A stretch of DNA of 64,000 nucleotides from Amoebophrya sp. A120 (taxonomy: Eukaryota; Protista; Dinoflagellata): NCBI GenBank assembly GCA_905178155.1, contig CAJINV010000011.1:2437331-2501330 (forward strand). The letters are read 5' to 3'. Of this stretch, positions 11,486-25,000 are shown piece after piece; within the stretch, counting starts at the first letter, position 1; every line of letters starts with the position of its first letter. The translations under genes and the position numbers were made by a program. The notes below the pieces were generated by a model, which saw only the letters and a program-made list of their open reading frames with translations, made no database searches and had not been told where the DNA came from.

Positions 11486-14400
11486 ATGCAAGAGAAATTT
11501 CATCCGGGCATCATGCCGCGCAACACATTTCCGGTGGAGATGAAGATGTTCGAGCCGCTGCTCGCAGCGCTGCACGAACTCAGCTGCCACAATCCGATCC
11601 ACGTCGACGCTTTCTTGATGGGTACTAATATGGATGTTTTTTTTGTACTTGTCTACTTTGTATGTAGTGAGGTCACCGAACGGTTCTAACCAGGGAGTTT
11701 TTTTGACAGCTCCCGTGAAAAACGACCGGCAGTTTGCAAGCGGCCGGAAGTGTTTTTGCACATAAAAAATTTGCAATTATCAAGCGGCCGGGGCGTTTGC
11801 GGCAAAAAAGCCCGAGCGGATTCTATCGATTCGCACTGAATAAAACGACGCAGGGGAGCCGGCAAAAGGGGCGCCCTTCTGAGGCGCCCACCGCCTTAGT
11901 TTCTGGCGATTTGGGGCGCCCAAAAAGGGGCGCGCAAAAAACGCGCCCAAAATTAGAACAGCGAAACAGCATGGCACGGCCGCGATTTCGGAGCATTTTG
12001 GGCGGCCGCGAAAGCGGCCGCCTTTTCGCCGGTTTCAGAGCCTGGGAAGCTTTGCAAAAAGCGCCGGCGTTAGTAATAAAAACGCGAAAAAGAAAAAGCC
12101 TCCCAGACGCGCAAAGCCAATCCGCATGCTATGGGCCCGATTTTTCTTCGCTTTTTGGGCGCCCTCCGTGGCACCCGGATCGGCCCCATAGCATGGGGGC
12201 TGGCCTTCGGTAAGGAATTTCGGGAATTTGCCAAAATTTGCGATGTTTATCAAGCGGCCGCCATACCGTGCGGCCTAACGTTACTCACGGCGGTATGGCG
12301 GGCCCAGAAAAAGCAAAGTCGCGGCCAAGGTGATGGGTGGCCGGCAAGAAAACGCCCACGACCTCACTACCTCCGCCCCGGCGGCTATATTTGGTAATAG
12401 TTATTGTTATTCGCATTGATTCGTCATCATCTCAGATGAGTAAAGGAAATTTTCGAGCGAAAAATAACGTTCGGTCCGACATCGCAAATATTAAACAGGT
12501 TTGTGGAACCCATCGGAGCGGCAAGAGCTGTTCCAGTGGTTGAAGATGATACTGGAAACGTCGGAAATTCCGTCCTCGGTCTTTTTCAAGACTTATGCAT
12601 TGCAAATATGTCTGGGTCTGGAAAGTTGGAACTTGTGATGCTACCTTTGGATTCTGAAAAAATCTGTATTGCGCGACCAGCAAGAGGAGCCCAGTTTGTG
12701 CTCCACGGGGAGGGCATTTGTCATGCGGAATAGGCATCAGGAAGCCCGCTAAAAATCTGTCATGCTAAAGCATATATCACAGAAATTATGGCTCATGCAA
12801 AACGTGCATGACAAAGACAAAGTTGCACTCATCCAGACCCAGACATATTTGCATTTGATAAGACTACCCAGATGTTCGACCGCTTTCTGGAGCACACCGT
12901 ACTGAACAGCAGCGGTCTCGGCCACAGTACATTGCTGCAGAACAACGGATCCTCTTCGCTGCAAGGAGGACACAATGCCGGGGGGTTCGTGAACAAAGCC
13001 GGGAAGGTGATCTGCCCGTCGCCCATGTCCGCAAGCGTGTCCACAGTGGCCAGCTCGCCGAAAACGCCGGACCAGGCGCAAGGTACGAGGATTTGTTGAT
13101 AAAGTGGCTTTCTCAAGCTGCATGATGATGTTTTCTGAAGTATGTACGATTTTTGCATCGAAGAGTTCAAGTTCTCATTCAAAGGAAGGTCCTTCACCTT
13201 CTTCTACCCACAAAAAATAAATACGACACTTACCAGGCACACCGTCTCCGCTGAACCCTTCGAACATCTTATCCGCGGTGCACCAGCAGCAATCGGAGCT
13301 CTACGGCAGGCAGATTCCCACCGTCCTGGAAGATCTGCACCAGGATATCGCGACCCAGCTCGGCTCCCAGTTCATTGTCCAGGACTTGCCAAATCCGATC
13401 GGCGAGGGCGGCGAGCTGACGCCGCAGCACGTGGCCAACCCGGTCTTCAACTCGAACTGGTCGCAGACCATGACGCACCGGGCGTTAGGCCTTGCGTGCA
13501 CCAGTCTGGTGATGAAGCTGGACTTCCGGAAGCACTACAGCAAGCACTACGACTCGCTGATTCAAGCGGCCGTGCCGTATTTGTTTCCGAGTAACAACAG
13601 CAACAGCGGTAGCGGGGGAGCAGCAGGTGGGAATACGAATAGCAGCAGTGGGAACAACAATGCGAACAACAACGCGTCTTCCGCCAACCGGTCGAATTCT
13701 GCTGGAAACAGTTACGAAATGAACACCAGTTCTTCCGGCGTCGGTGGCCCGGACTACAATTCTGCGTCCAGCGTATCCGCGGAGCAGTATGGAGGGATCG
13801 ACAACGTCGGGAATTACGTGACCACCGCCCCGGTGCCGGAAATTCGCTACGCGTTCAGCTGCGCGTCGGCGAAAGCCTTCATCCAGAGTTTGGAGTGGCC
13901 CATCATCAAATACCTGCGGTTCCGGCTGTCCGTACCCTGCTTGATCGACTTCTTGGACTACTTCGACACACAGTGCCAGGTATATCCAAACTTCCCTTTG
14001 GGATTTTACTTTCTATATAGAAACAGCGAAGTAGAGAATCTCCCTGCTTTTTTGTGTTAGTCCGTGGTTTTGCGATGGGGATGCATGGTGATTGTAGATT
14101 GAAATTCATACAAGACTATGTATCAATATCAAATTGAAATTTACGCATGAGAATGAGCAAAACGAAAGTTCTCTTTCACTGAACAACTCCATAGATCCGG
14201 TCGAAAAAGTCGTATGCGGTGGATGTGATTCTGTACCACCCGGAGCTCCTCTACGGCAACAAGATGACGAGCATCGCGCTCGCCATTTGGTTTCTGTCCC
14301 ACAAGAATCAGGACTACGTGCACGCGATTCTGCAGAAAATGCAGACGTTTGACTCCTTCGCCCCCTCCAAGCGGCTCGAGGAGAAGCGAAGACTGATGCA

Positions 14401-16330
14401 GGAAGCCCCGGGGTCCCAGTCGCCCGCTACGGCGCAAATCTCGGAGCACGCAATTTCGACGGCGGACTTGCGCGCGCTGGTCTCGCAGCTCCGCGATGGT
14501 TTCCGTAGTCACACGATTTTGCACCGGGGCGTCGTGAACGGGGGCAGCAGTGCAACTGGAGCTGCAGGAGCTCACGGACAAGCTTCCACATCTGGTGCTC
14601 TGGGCGGTCATAGCGGTTGTGTTACGATCCCGCAGGGCACTCCGCCGGGGGTTTGCCCCATCAATCCGCATGTCAGTGGGGCGCAGCACTTGGTGGCGCA
14701 GCAGCAGCAGCAGTCTAGTAACCACAACTGTTCCGCCGCAACATCGCAGCAACAGGACGCAATCATGTCGGAAGCAGGAACTACGGCTCCTGCGCCTCCG
14801 CCGGTGGCAAGCATCCCCACACCCTGCAGTAACACAACCATGAACTCGTCCTCTCAGCAACAACACGGTGGTCACAGTGGCCAACACGCGACGGAACAGA
14901 ATCAGCAGCAACATCTCCGTGGGTCGTTCAGTGATGCGACCACCACGGTTCTGGGCGGTGCCGGTGGCTCCTGCAGTGTGAGTATGAACAACCAGCACCA
15001 GGCAATGGAAGTGGTACAGCAGTCGATGGAAATGGATGTCGTTGGACAGCAGCAGCACCTCGGAACAAGTGCCGGCACAGCAACTACTGCTCCCCGTAAC
15101 GACTCGTACCACATTGTGATGCACCAGCAGCAGGACCAGTTTAGCCAACACCGAGATTCTATGTCCATTTCGTCCAGTACCTCGCAGTGCAATGGTACCA
15201 GTCTTCGAGACCAATTTAGTACCCAAACCTCGCAATCGTCGTCGCAGCAGATGTCGGATATCGGGGGAACCTCCAGCGGGGGCCAACAGCAGCATCAGCA
15301 TAACAACATGGGGAACAATCAGCAATCTCAGTTTAATATTCACCAGCAACACAATCACAATGACACTGGCGGATTACAAGCCAGAACGTCTCTCGGTGGT
15401 GGCGGAACAACGACCACAGGAGCTTCGAACGGCGCAACTGGTTCGCTGTTTAACCCTTCCGAAAGCTCGACGCACCGCATACGCGCAACGGTGGGCGAGA
15501 TCAACCAGCGACACCACAGTGCGACGGCGTCGGCGGGACAAGGACAACTAGTACACCAAAACTCTGCTTTCGGAAGCATGCTGAACGGAGGTGGTTCGTG
15601 CACGACCAAGCCAGGACAACAACACCAACAGCACAACAACTCTTTATCTACGAACACAACAGCGATCTCTTCCGCGGGGGGCAGCAATTCATCGTTCCAC
15701 AATAGCAGCACGCACCAGGTGGACGCCACAATGCTCTCGTCGGGCGGCTCCAGTTGCAGTACCACGTTGCACAATCGGGGGAATAACAGCTTTTACAACT
15801 CTTTGCAACAGCTATCCACTTCTACAACTTCCGGAACAACTACAGGAGCAAACAACAACGGACCGCAGCACATGAGCATCGATTTGACGACGTCGAACTC
15901 CTCCTCTCAGTCTGCGGGCAATGGCTGTGGCAGTGTGAATGTCACCATGAAACAGCAGCACGATCATACAAGTACAACTAATTCGCTGTTCTCGATCGCG
16001 GGCAGTAGTACGACTAGCGGACAACACCTTCCTTCGTGCGGCAGTGCTACGGGGACCACTACCGCTTCCACTTGGGCGGCGGGTGGTCAGCCGGCGCAGC
16101 ACAACAACTCCATGCTAGATCATTCGATGCAGCAGCACTCGGACCTGCCCCCCCGGAAGCAACCCCGGGGCCACAGCGGCACCACGAGTGCTGGTGCGAC
16201 GGGCGGCTACAACCGGGGTTCTGGGAATGCTCCCACTACTTCTGGGCAGTACAGCGGGCAACTCGCACAACCAGCGAACGCGGCGACAATGCAGACCTGT
16301 TGGAACAAGAGCAAGTACACCTACAAGTAA
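11486..16330 (+). CDS. Cyclin-family protein with long Q/H/S/T/G-rich tail (exons 11486-11621, 12499-12593, 12866-13082, 13237-13979, 14195-16330)
   Basis: Spliced product has cyclin-box motifs ERQELFQWL..VFFKTTQMFDRFL, LGLACTSLVMKL, LEWPIIKYLRFRLSVPCLIDFL; three phase-compatible GT-AG introns plus one introner. Confidence 0.85.
11661..12400 (+). mobile_element. Helitron2/Helentron-like element, family H2, in cyclin intron 1 (ends approximate)
   Basis: Perfect 11-bp asymmetric IR gtagtgaggtc (11664-11674) / gacctcactac (12360-12370), followed by hairpin ccgccccggcgg; GC blocks with A/T runs as in H1; single copy in window. Confidence 0.5.
12594..12860 (+). mobile_element. Introner family A (A2) in the cyclin box
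   Basis: TIR tatgcattgcaaatatgtctggg / cccagacatatttgcatttgata; DR agact; gives FFKT|TQMFDRF. Confidence 0.93.
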
Positions 16331-19300
16331 CAACAACAAGTGATAGTGGAACTGGGAAGATGAACAGAGGTGCTGATGATGTGTGTATCTTCACAATCTT
16401 CACACGGAGTCAGAGCCTCGATCACAATTCTATTCAGTAGTACTACTTTTAATCACGACTTGTAGATAAATGTTCGTAGTTGTTCCGCTTTCGCTGCAAG
16501 TCATCGAAATGTTGAGCTCCATTGAAGATGCAGTTGCAGACCGTTTGTACCCGCTCTAGCTGCTCTGTGCGTGCACCGGCACCGCGATTCGACGACCTGT
16601 GCGACGGAGGTACTTACTACAACCCTGTTTTTTCTTGCATTTTCGCATCGCATGATTTACTATGAATGAATGATCCTCTGATGTAAGAAACGGTAGTTCC
16701 CGAAGAGGACATATGACAGAATCACTTGTAGCTTCTTCAAATCAATGACGATCCCAATCAAAAAAACATCAAAAACTAAAACCCATATCATGACCACAGG
16801 TATTATAATCTTCAACCTCCTCTGCGTCGTCACAGCTCCTGCGTGCATTGCACAGAAGCGGTCGTGGCAAGTAGTTGCTTGTGACGTTCCTGCAGCGGCG
16901 GTGCAAAGTTTTGACTGTTTTGAAGGTCTGCACACAACTTCCATAAGTAGAGCTCCAGCTCGCGCACGCGCTCGTGCTGTTATTTCTGAATGACTGAGAT
17001 AACGATAAGAGACCGCTTGTCGTCAGTTCTGAGGAGTCGTGGATAGAACTTTTTCTTCGTTGTCGTCCGATTCGCATATTATGGGGGATAGTTGCTAACT
17101 CAACTTATCGAACCGTGTCGAGCGTGCTTATGCGACGCGATACGATGAGTTGAGAAGGAAAACACAGTATTTTGAAAGTAAAGATCAGACAAGACTACTT
17201 CACGCTTGAAGTAAACAATCCAGAAGTTTTTAGTGACAAGAATTCTAGCAAATTATAAAACAGTTTTAGGATAAAGTTACAGTTCAAAACCTTGAGAAAT
17301 TTTACAAGTTTTCTTTTTCGCATCACGTATTACACGTCTTATCACTGGATAAATTTTAGCAGTTTACAGCAAAATATCTTTTAGAATACAAATCGTGCTA
17401 CAACTCAGTACAAGAACTCGAAAAAAAACAGGTCTTTTTAAATCGACACTTGACACTCATAGTCGTGGTCGAAAAATTATAGAAGGTAGACAAGAAATTA
17501 GTAATGAAAAACTAAAACCAGTAAATAACTCTCGTCGCCGTCGGTACCAGGAGTCAAAAAGATGAAGAGTATAGGAGCTGCCACATCACACCGGGGAAAG
17601 TAAGCCTGCTGACTCCTGGGAGCCGCGAAATATAGCACCAGTAAAACAAACAGAGTCACCCTGCCTATGATAATACAGAAATTAGAAAAAACACGACCCC
17701 ACTTCTGAATGATTAAAAAATGCACTTCACATCTAGAGAAATAAAGAGCTATGCTCTGTATGCATTTTTTATTCGTCGAAGGTGGTGAGGCGACTACGGA
17801 CGGCGCCAACAAAATTTAATGACCACAGTTTACTACCTCTCCGCAGCTCCCTTTCTTCACTTAGACACTACTACTCCGCCGACGAAATTAGAACTGCAAG
17901 CCTGTTTTTACTATCCACACTTAACCTTTATTTGCCGAGAACTTTCTTCTACCTTTTAGTTTTACACCTACACTACACCACTATCTACGCCTTTGGAATT
18001 TGCGAAGTCAGCACTTTGGGTAGAGATCGCTTTATGTGCATAATATTTTGTCGTTCCGTTTTTATGTGCATAAGGAGGAGGAGATTGATGATTAAGGAAT
18101 CTGCTTCGCAGCAATGAGCTAATCATGCCGATAAAGAGAGTTGCCAAGAAAGTTTCCTTCTGCTTCAGGAGGAAGCGAAAAAAAGTTTTGTCCGTGAACT
18201 TCCCCAATTTTTTTTTCTTAATACTTCTTATACACAAATAGCGAGACGAGCTATTAGCACCGGTGCAGCCGATACCTTATTTGGAAGAGGCGATATTGAA
18301 ACTATGAGTGACCTGAAGGTGCAGCTCACAGCACCATCCGGTGGTGTGAACAAGCTACAACCTGGTGATCCAGTTAGTCAGCGCCTTTTCGTAGACATAG
18401 GTAGTTGCAGCCACCGCTAAAAAATACAGTGTAGGAAAAGACTCTCCGTTACATCGCTTGTCGAATGAATTTTCGACAGTTCAATAAATCAGAGCTTTCT
18501 TCTACATAACCTGATAGTTAGTTCGGGATCGCTACAGAAAATATGAGCTCACCAGCACAACTCGGAGGATTGCAAGGGCGAGCGGAATTATTAGTAGACC
18601 GATAGAAAAACGTTAATGAAAGTGTACAATGCAGGAAGAGCAGTAGTCTATGAAAATAGAGTATAATTTGTTTCGATGCCACACAACCTCATGAAACGTA
18701 CAAGAGCGACCTAACTTATGATGCTAGTTTCGTATGATAGTTTCCGTTTCGAAAGTTTGTTTCGTACTAGTCTGTAGTGTCAGTTTCTTTCTATGTTCGA
18801 AGATTATACCTCGCGGTCGCGCCACCACTAAGTTCGTGACATGTGAGACACACAGAAATGTTGCCTTCGCAGTCACGTGACTACTGGTAAGGTATGATTG
18901 ATGCAAAGATATTGCTCGATGGAACACGAAAAATATCGACGAGGACGACGTCACACGAAAAGCAATACTCTTGTATCCGCAGAAGATAATATGGCCAAAA
19001 TTCGTGTAGAACTTCGGTTTTAGAAATAAGAACAGGTCACTGTACAGCTGACTCGAAGGTGAGCACAGGCATGGGGCTGCGAGAGCAAAGGTGTGTAAAG
19101 CACCTTTATTCCTAGGACGTAAAAGCTGCTGCAATGACTGAAGCTACTATGCGAATTTAAATAGGTCGTATTTTTACTGTGGGACGAAAAAATAAATCGA
19201 GCTATTTATGATGTCTGAAGATCTTTTTCTCTGCAACAAAGAAAGTCAAAGTATATGATTTTTAACTCCTATCGGAAGACAATATGTGTTGGGCCGTCCA

Positions 19301-19878
19301 ATCGCCAGATCAGTTGACTCTGCTGTAGCCATGAAATGAATCCGGGTCTCTCTCCTTCTTTCGCAGTGGTGAAAAAACTTTTTAATAACCGAAGTGGCGC
19401 GACGAGACCTGCTTCTTGGTCTTGCCGAGCCACGCGGCGGCCTCGTGCGGGGTGCCAATTGGTGTGGTGTTTCGCTGAGCGACCGTCCGTTCGTGAGCGT
19501 CGTGCAGAGGATGGCGTCGAAGCTGAATGCGTTCGTTCATTGAGATCCTCGTATCAGCATCGTTGATGAATTGGAAATTCTAGGTGAGAAGTCCTGGCGC
19601 CATGCAAAAGCGTGGCTTATTTGAGTGATTTTGGGAGAGTCCTGTCAAGGAGTAGCATAGCTCTTTAGTAGCTTGCTCACGACAGGTGATTAGCATCGTT
19701 CTCGCTGCTTTCTGATGTCTACTTCTCAAGCGACGGTTTCGATTTTTTGCAAATCCTGGAGAGGGACCAGGACAACCTACCTTGAGGCAAAAACAACGTC
19801 CGACTACTTTATGTTGAAGAAATAGATCCTAATGTAGTCATAAAGTAACTCTAACTTGTTCACCCTCGTCACAACGAC

Positions 19879-20968
19879 ATGTTCTTCGCCGGCCGCTTCC
19901 TCCCGCTGTTTTTAACGCTCGTCTTGTTCTCGCCCGGCGAACATGTAATATTTTCGTCGGCGTTGTACCTGCGCCGGGAGAAAAAGACGGAGGAACAGGA
20001 GCAGGTGCCAAAAATTTCCAGTGATACGATCGAGCGCGACATGAATCGCCGGGCCTACATGCACGAGCCGGTGCGAAATATGGAGAACCTGAAGCCCTCC
20101 TCATCCGCGTCGGAGCAACGACGCCGACTGAAGTACTTGGCACACGAGTACGGCGCCGGGGAGCAAGAGCACTACCACAAGTTTCTTGGTAAGTACTTAA
20201 AAATTATAGTTGGCTTTACTTTATTGAGGATTTGAGTTGTGCCTCAAAATCGTTTTGATTTGCACTTTTAATCGATGCTCATTTCTCAACATCGTTTTCA
20301 TTACAAAAAAACAATTAGAATTATCCCAATCACCACTCTACAAAACAGAGGAAGTCAACGAGTCTCTGAACGGCCTCTCCACGGCGGATGACGCGGAGCA
20401 CCAACTTCTTTCTGCCGCGAAGGAGTGGAACGACAAAAAGAAGCAGGTGGACCAGAAGTACCGGGCAACGAACCAGATTTCCGCGATGAAGCAGCTGTTT
20501 CATTCCATTGCGGCTTTTGTGAGTCGCGACATCGTGGACCGGTGGACGTCGACGGAACCCCAGGAGCGTGCCAGGCAGCTCGCGCACGCAGCGGAGAACG
20601 CACAACCAAAGGTGGATAGCACCGAGCAAGTCCAGCTGGATCAGAAAAACATGGAGAACACGTCGCCTGCCGGGACAAGAGAAAAGCTCGGGGAAGGTGG
20701 CGAGGGGATTGTGGACAAGAAGAAAAACACCGCTGATAGTACTTCGGCAGAGGTGGCGAAAGGTGTAGACAAGGGGTCGCTGTTGAACAAGGTGGTGGAA
20801 GAAGCAGCTGCGGGTAAGGAGGAGAAAGGCGACGAAGCTGCAGGAGCTTCGTCATCTGCGGACGAAGATGCTGAGAAGAAGGAAGAGAAGAACGAAGAAA
20901 CCGAAACCTCCAAAGAGAAAGACCGTGCGGAACAAGCGGCAGCCGCTGCGCTGGAGATACCGTTGTGA
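19879..20968 (+). CDS. Putative secreted protein with acidic/Lys-rich C-terminus (exons 19879-20188, 20319-20968)
   Basis: Hydrophobic N-terminus MFFAGRFLPLFLTLVLF; phase-1 GT-AG intron 20189-20318 joins two ORFs. Confidence 0.7.
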
Positions 20969-22059
20969 TATGCAGGGTCGGGTTTCCGTTTCGTAGAAGC
21001 TTAGAGAAATGCTTGTGCCTCACATATCTTTTTAACCTTTCAGATGATTTTTATTTGCTTGTAATCTTTCTAATGTATCCAGGCGTTCCCGTTCTTGATG
21101 CGATCACTTGTTCACGCTCGGTTTTCGCTGTGTATGTACAGTAAAGAGTAAGAACCCGCCTTCCCTATTGTATCCCTCCATTCATTCTTTTACTAGAGGT
21201 AGAGTAGTCTTTGAAGCCTGTAGTTCGATACCACCCTGTACAAAGACAAATTTGTATAAATTTCTTTCAATATGATGATGAACAAGAACAAGAAGTCAGT
21301 CTTTTGCACTTGCTTGAAGATGCTGCATGTACAGCATTCCGCGCGGAAGACCGAGTACCCATTCGATATTCATACATAGATGCTTCTTTTTGTAAAACCT
21401 CGAGGATGAAAGAACGAAAAACTGAGGGATCGATGAGGATGCGCAGATTGAGTGTGAGAGAAGTTAGAGCGAATGACATTGAGAGAGAGAGAGACGGGGA
21501 AGGAGAGAGACGGGGAGTAGAGACGTAGTTGCGAGAATTTCATCCTGATTTGTCGCTGTTGAGGGGAGAAATTGACGTCGTACAACATCCCGTGACGAGA
21601 GCTCATAGTATGTGATTGGTTTATCGTTTTGCGCATGTGCAGAAAACTTCTTTCGAATTTCGCAGTTGCACACGACTAAAAATCGCACCAGGGTGCAGAG
21701 GTGGCCGCACAATAAAGGACAGAGAAATAAATACACAGTGAATTCACAAATAAAATCGCCTGACTCATCTGAATTCGTATTTGATTGCACGTTACGAAGT
21801 GAAGATCTTCAGCACAAACTAGTACTAGTAGCGTTGAATTGACACGCGGCATTTGGTACAGATTCGCACCATTCATCGTGCCTGTGACTCCAAAAGAATG
21901 CGACAGCCAGTCTCCTCCTGGGGTCGCCACGGGTGAAATTTTAACGTACGCGGGAAGAGAACTCTTCGCTGTAAGGGGACAACATCTACGGTCAGACGAA
22001 ACCCTACTTCTTTCCCAAAGCAAGAAAGAAACCGCCAGCGCAAATAAACATAGAGCGAG

Positions 22060-25000
22060 ATGCGGGCCGGCAGCAAGCAGTCGCAGACGACTACGCTGGC
22101 GAGCACGAAGCCAGAGGATGAGGAGGACGATATTCTGAGTAAAAACGTCCCCACCCCAGAGTCAAGATGGGGATTTCGCAACACAAACCTAGAAGTTTTG
22201 GTGGTCACGCATGACAAATGTCAGTCCGTACTGTAGTGCAGATTAGCGTGGACAGCCGCATTACAAATCCATCTGCTTATCCTGTTTACAGCATTACAAG
22301 TTTTAGAACACGATTGGAAATGTCTACCATGGGTATGCGCATCACAAATGTTCCTGTCATTGGAAATCAGCATTACAACTCTGGGGTGGTGACGTTTTTA
22401 CACAGGATAGACGAAGAGCCAGAAGAAGAGGAGGAGGAGAACCAGGATGATTACTCCGATGCGAGTACCGAGACTGCCACCGTCGCGTCCGTGCACACCG
22501 GGTTCCGTTACTGGGTTATCGAATGCAAAAATGTCTGGGTCTGGAACAAAGCAACTTGTCATGCTACATCTGAATCATTTAAAAATCTGTGTTGCATGAA
22601 TACCAAAAGCTGTCCACTTTTGACCTAATCGAGAGGCAGTTTCTCATGTAGGATAGGCATGATAGAACTCATCTCACAGAATCTGTCATGCTATCTCCTA
22701 CATACCAGACCTTATGGGTCATGGAAAACCTGCATGACAAGTCTGGCACTCTTCCAGACGCAGACACTTTTGCAGTTGATATGGGTGACGGACGGTGAGA
22801 TTGTGCGCAGCCGGGGGTTCACCATCTTTATCAACGTGACGATCGCAATATGCATTGCAAAAGTATCGTACTACTATAAATTGCATCACAAATTTTTTCA
22901 AGAAGAAAAATGGAATTTGTAATGCTGATTTACCTAAAAAGGGACATTTGTCATGCATGATAGCAATTACTACGAGTACGATACTTTTGCACAGGATACG
23001 CAATCAACGCGGTGGTGATCGGATTGGAAACCGATCTCAGTTGCCACGTATACTGTGATTTTTAGGCACAGAATTGCCATATTGCAGGATTCGTTCGATT
23101 TGAATTTGTTCGCAAACAAGCTTCAGCTAGAGTTGTGTCAGGGCTTTTATTAATTTGTGATGTCATACGTACTAGAACTAGTGCATGACAAACCTACTGC
23201 AAGAAAATAAACAGTCCACCACAAATTGCGAACCGTCGGAGTACGTGATATGGAACGTTTTCGAGTACGTGTTTCTCATCATCTTCTTGGGAGAAATGAT
23301 TCTGAAAATCATTGCCTTCTCATGGCCAGGCTACTGGGCAGACGACTGGAACAAGTATTTTTTAACACGTTTTTTTCTTTCCGATTCATAAGCACGAGTG
23401 TTTTACTTTTAGCACGTGCACGAGCACCCAAATTTATGATTCGTGACGCAAGAGGACCCGCACAGTTGTCATGAACGAAAGTCATCCCAGGAACGTCTTG
23501 TGTGTGTCAAGCTTTCTTCATTTACCACGACAGGTTTGATTTTTTCCTGATCATGATGGCTATTCTGGACACCTGGGTGATGGCCATCGTCGGCGGGGGC
23601 GGAGGTGGTCTGAAGATTTTCTCCGTGCTCCGTGTCTTGCGTGCCTTCCGATTAGTCAGGCTGGTCAAGCTGCTGCGTCAGTTCAAAGAGCTGTACCTTT
23701 TGGTGAACGGTATGGTGGAAGCCTGTAAAACGCTCGTCTGGGTCGCCTGTCTGCTGCTCATCATCCTGTATTAATTTTTTTGTTTGATGTTTCTCGCTCG
23801 ATCGTGGTTGCTTTCGATTCGGATCTTCTTGCAGTACTCGTCAGAACCATAAAAGAGCTCTTTCATCTTCAAAAGGTGTTGGGGCTGTTGTGGTTACATG
23901 AAATTGATGTCTCAATAAACATACCCCCATCCCCTAGGTACGTGATCGGCATCATCTTCACGATTTTGATCGGCCAGAACACGGACCCGGCGCTGCGGTA
24001 CCTCGGTACTTGGAGCAAGGAGGATTACTGGGGATCGGTCCCAAAGTCGATGTACACTCTGTTCCAAGTGACGACGGGGGATTCCTGGGGTAGCAAAGTG
24101 GCGAGACCAATTATCAAGGAATACCCGGCCTACACGATCTTTTTCCTGGTTTTCATCTTCCTGATCTCCTTCGGTCTGATGAACATCGTGCTCGGGGTGA
24201 TTTGCGAGAACGCCATCTACGCCGCCAGTAAAAACACGGAGAACATGCAGAAGATCGTGCTGCGACACCAGCAACTGGTGATCAACTCCATAACGGCAAT
24301 ATTCGAAGCCGCAGACACGGACGGGAGTGGCGAGCTATCAAGAGAAGAATTCGACGAGGCGCTTAGCAAGAAGACGGTATAGTACGGGTGGTTCATCGTG
24401 TTGATGTTTCTATATGCATATGCCTTTCAGGGTCGAAACTCACATGTCGGTAATCTCGAGGCCCGAAAGAAAAAGAAATGTGAGTGTAGTTGCAATAGTA
24501 CAAAGCACTCTGAGATAACAGCGACTTGCATGAAATGCAATATCAAAATCCATCTCAGGTGAAGCAAAAGTTAGAATTAATCGACGTCCCGCCAGAGGAC
24601 CTCCGCATGCTCTTTGACCTCCTCGACGCCGACGGCAGCTATCAAATGCAAAAGTGTCTGGGTCCGGAAGGCTGCGAACTTGTGATGCGTGTTGCGCATC
24701 CTACAAAAATCTGTATTGCATGGCGTGCAAAAGCTGTCCATTTCTGGCCATGCTGAGAGAGCATTTCTCATGCAGAATAGGCATCACCAAGGGGCTGCAG
24801 AACCTGTGATGCTATGCCCTGCATTGCAGACTTGGCGGAGCTTGGAAAAACTGCAAAACAAAACGCGGAATCTTCCAGACCCAGACATTTTTGCATTTGA
24901 TAGCAGCGGCGAGATCACGATAGACGAGTTCCGAAAAGGCTGTCTGAAACTCCAGGGTACGGCGAAGTCGAAAGAAATGATAAAACTCGCGGTACACGTG

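Noticed and set aside
14141-15358. Long minus-strand ORFs (also 51047-51742, 63105-63842)
   Set aside because: They are antisense shadows of low-complexity or GC-rich + strand CDS.
21480-21515. GA-rich microsatellite
   Set aside because: Short and ordinary.
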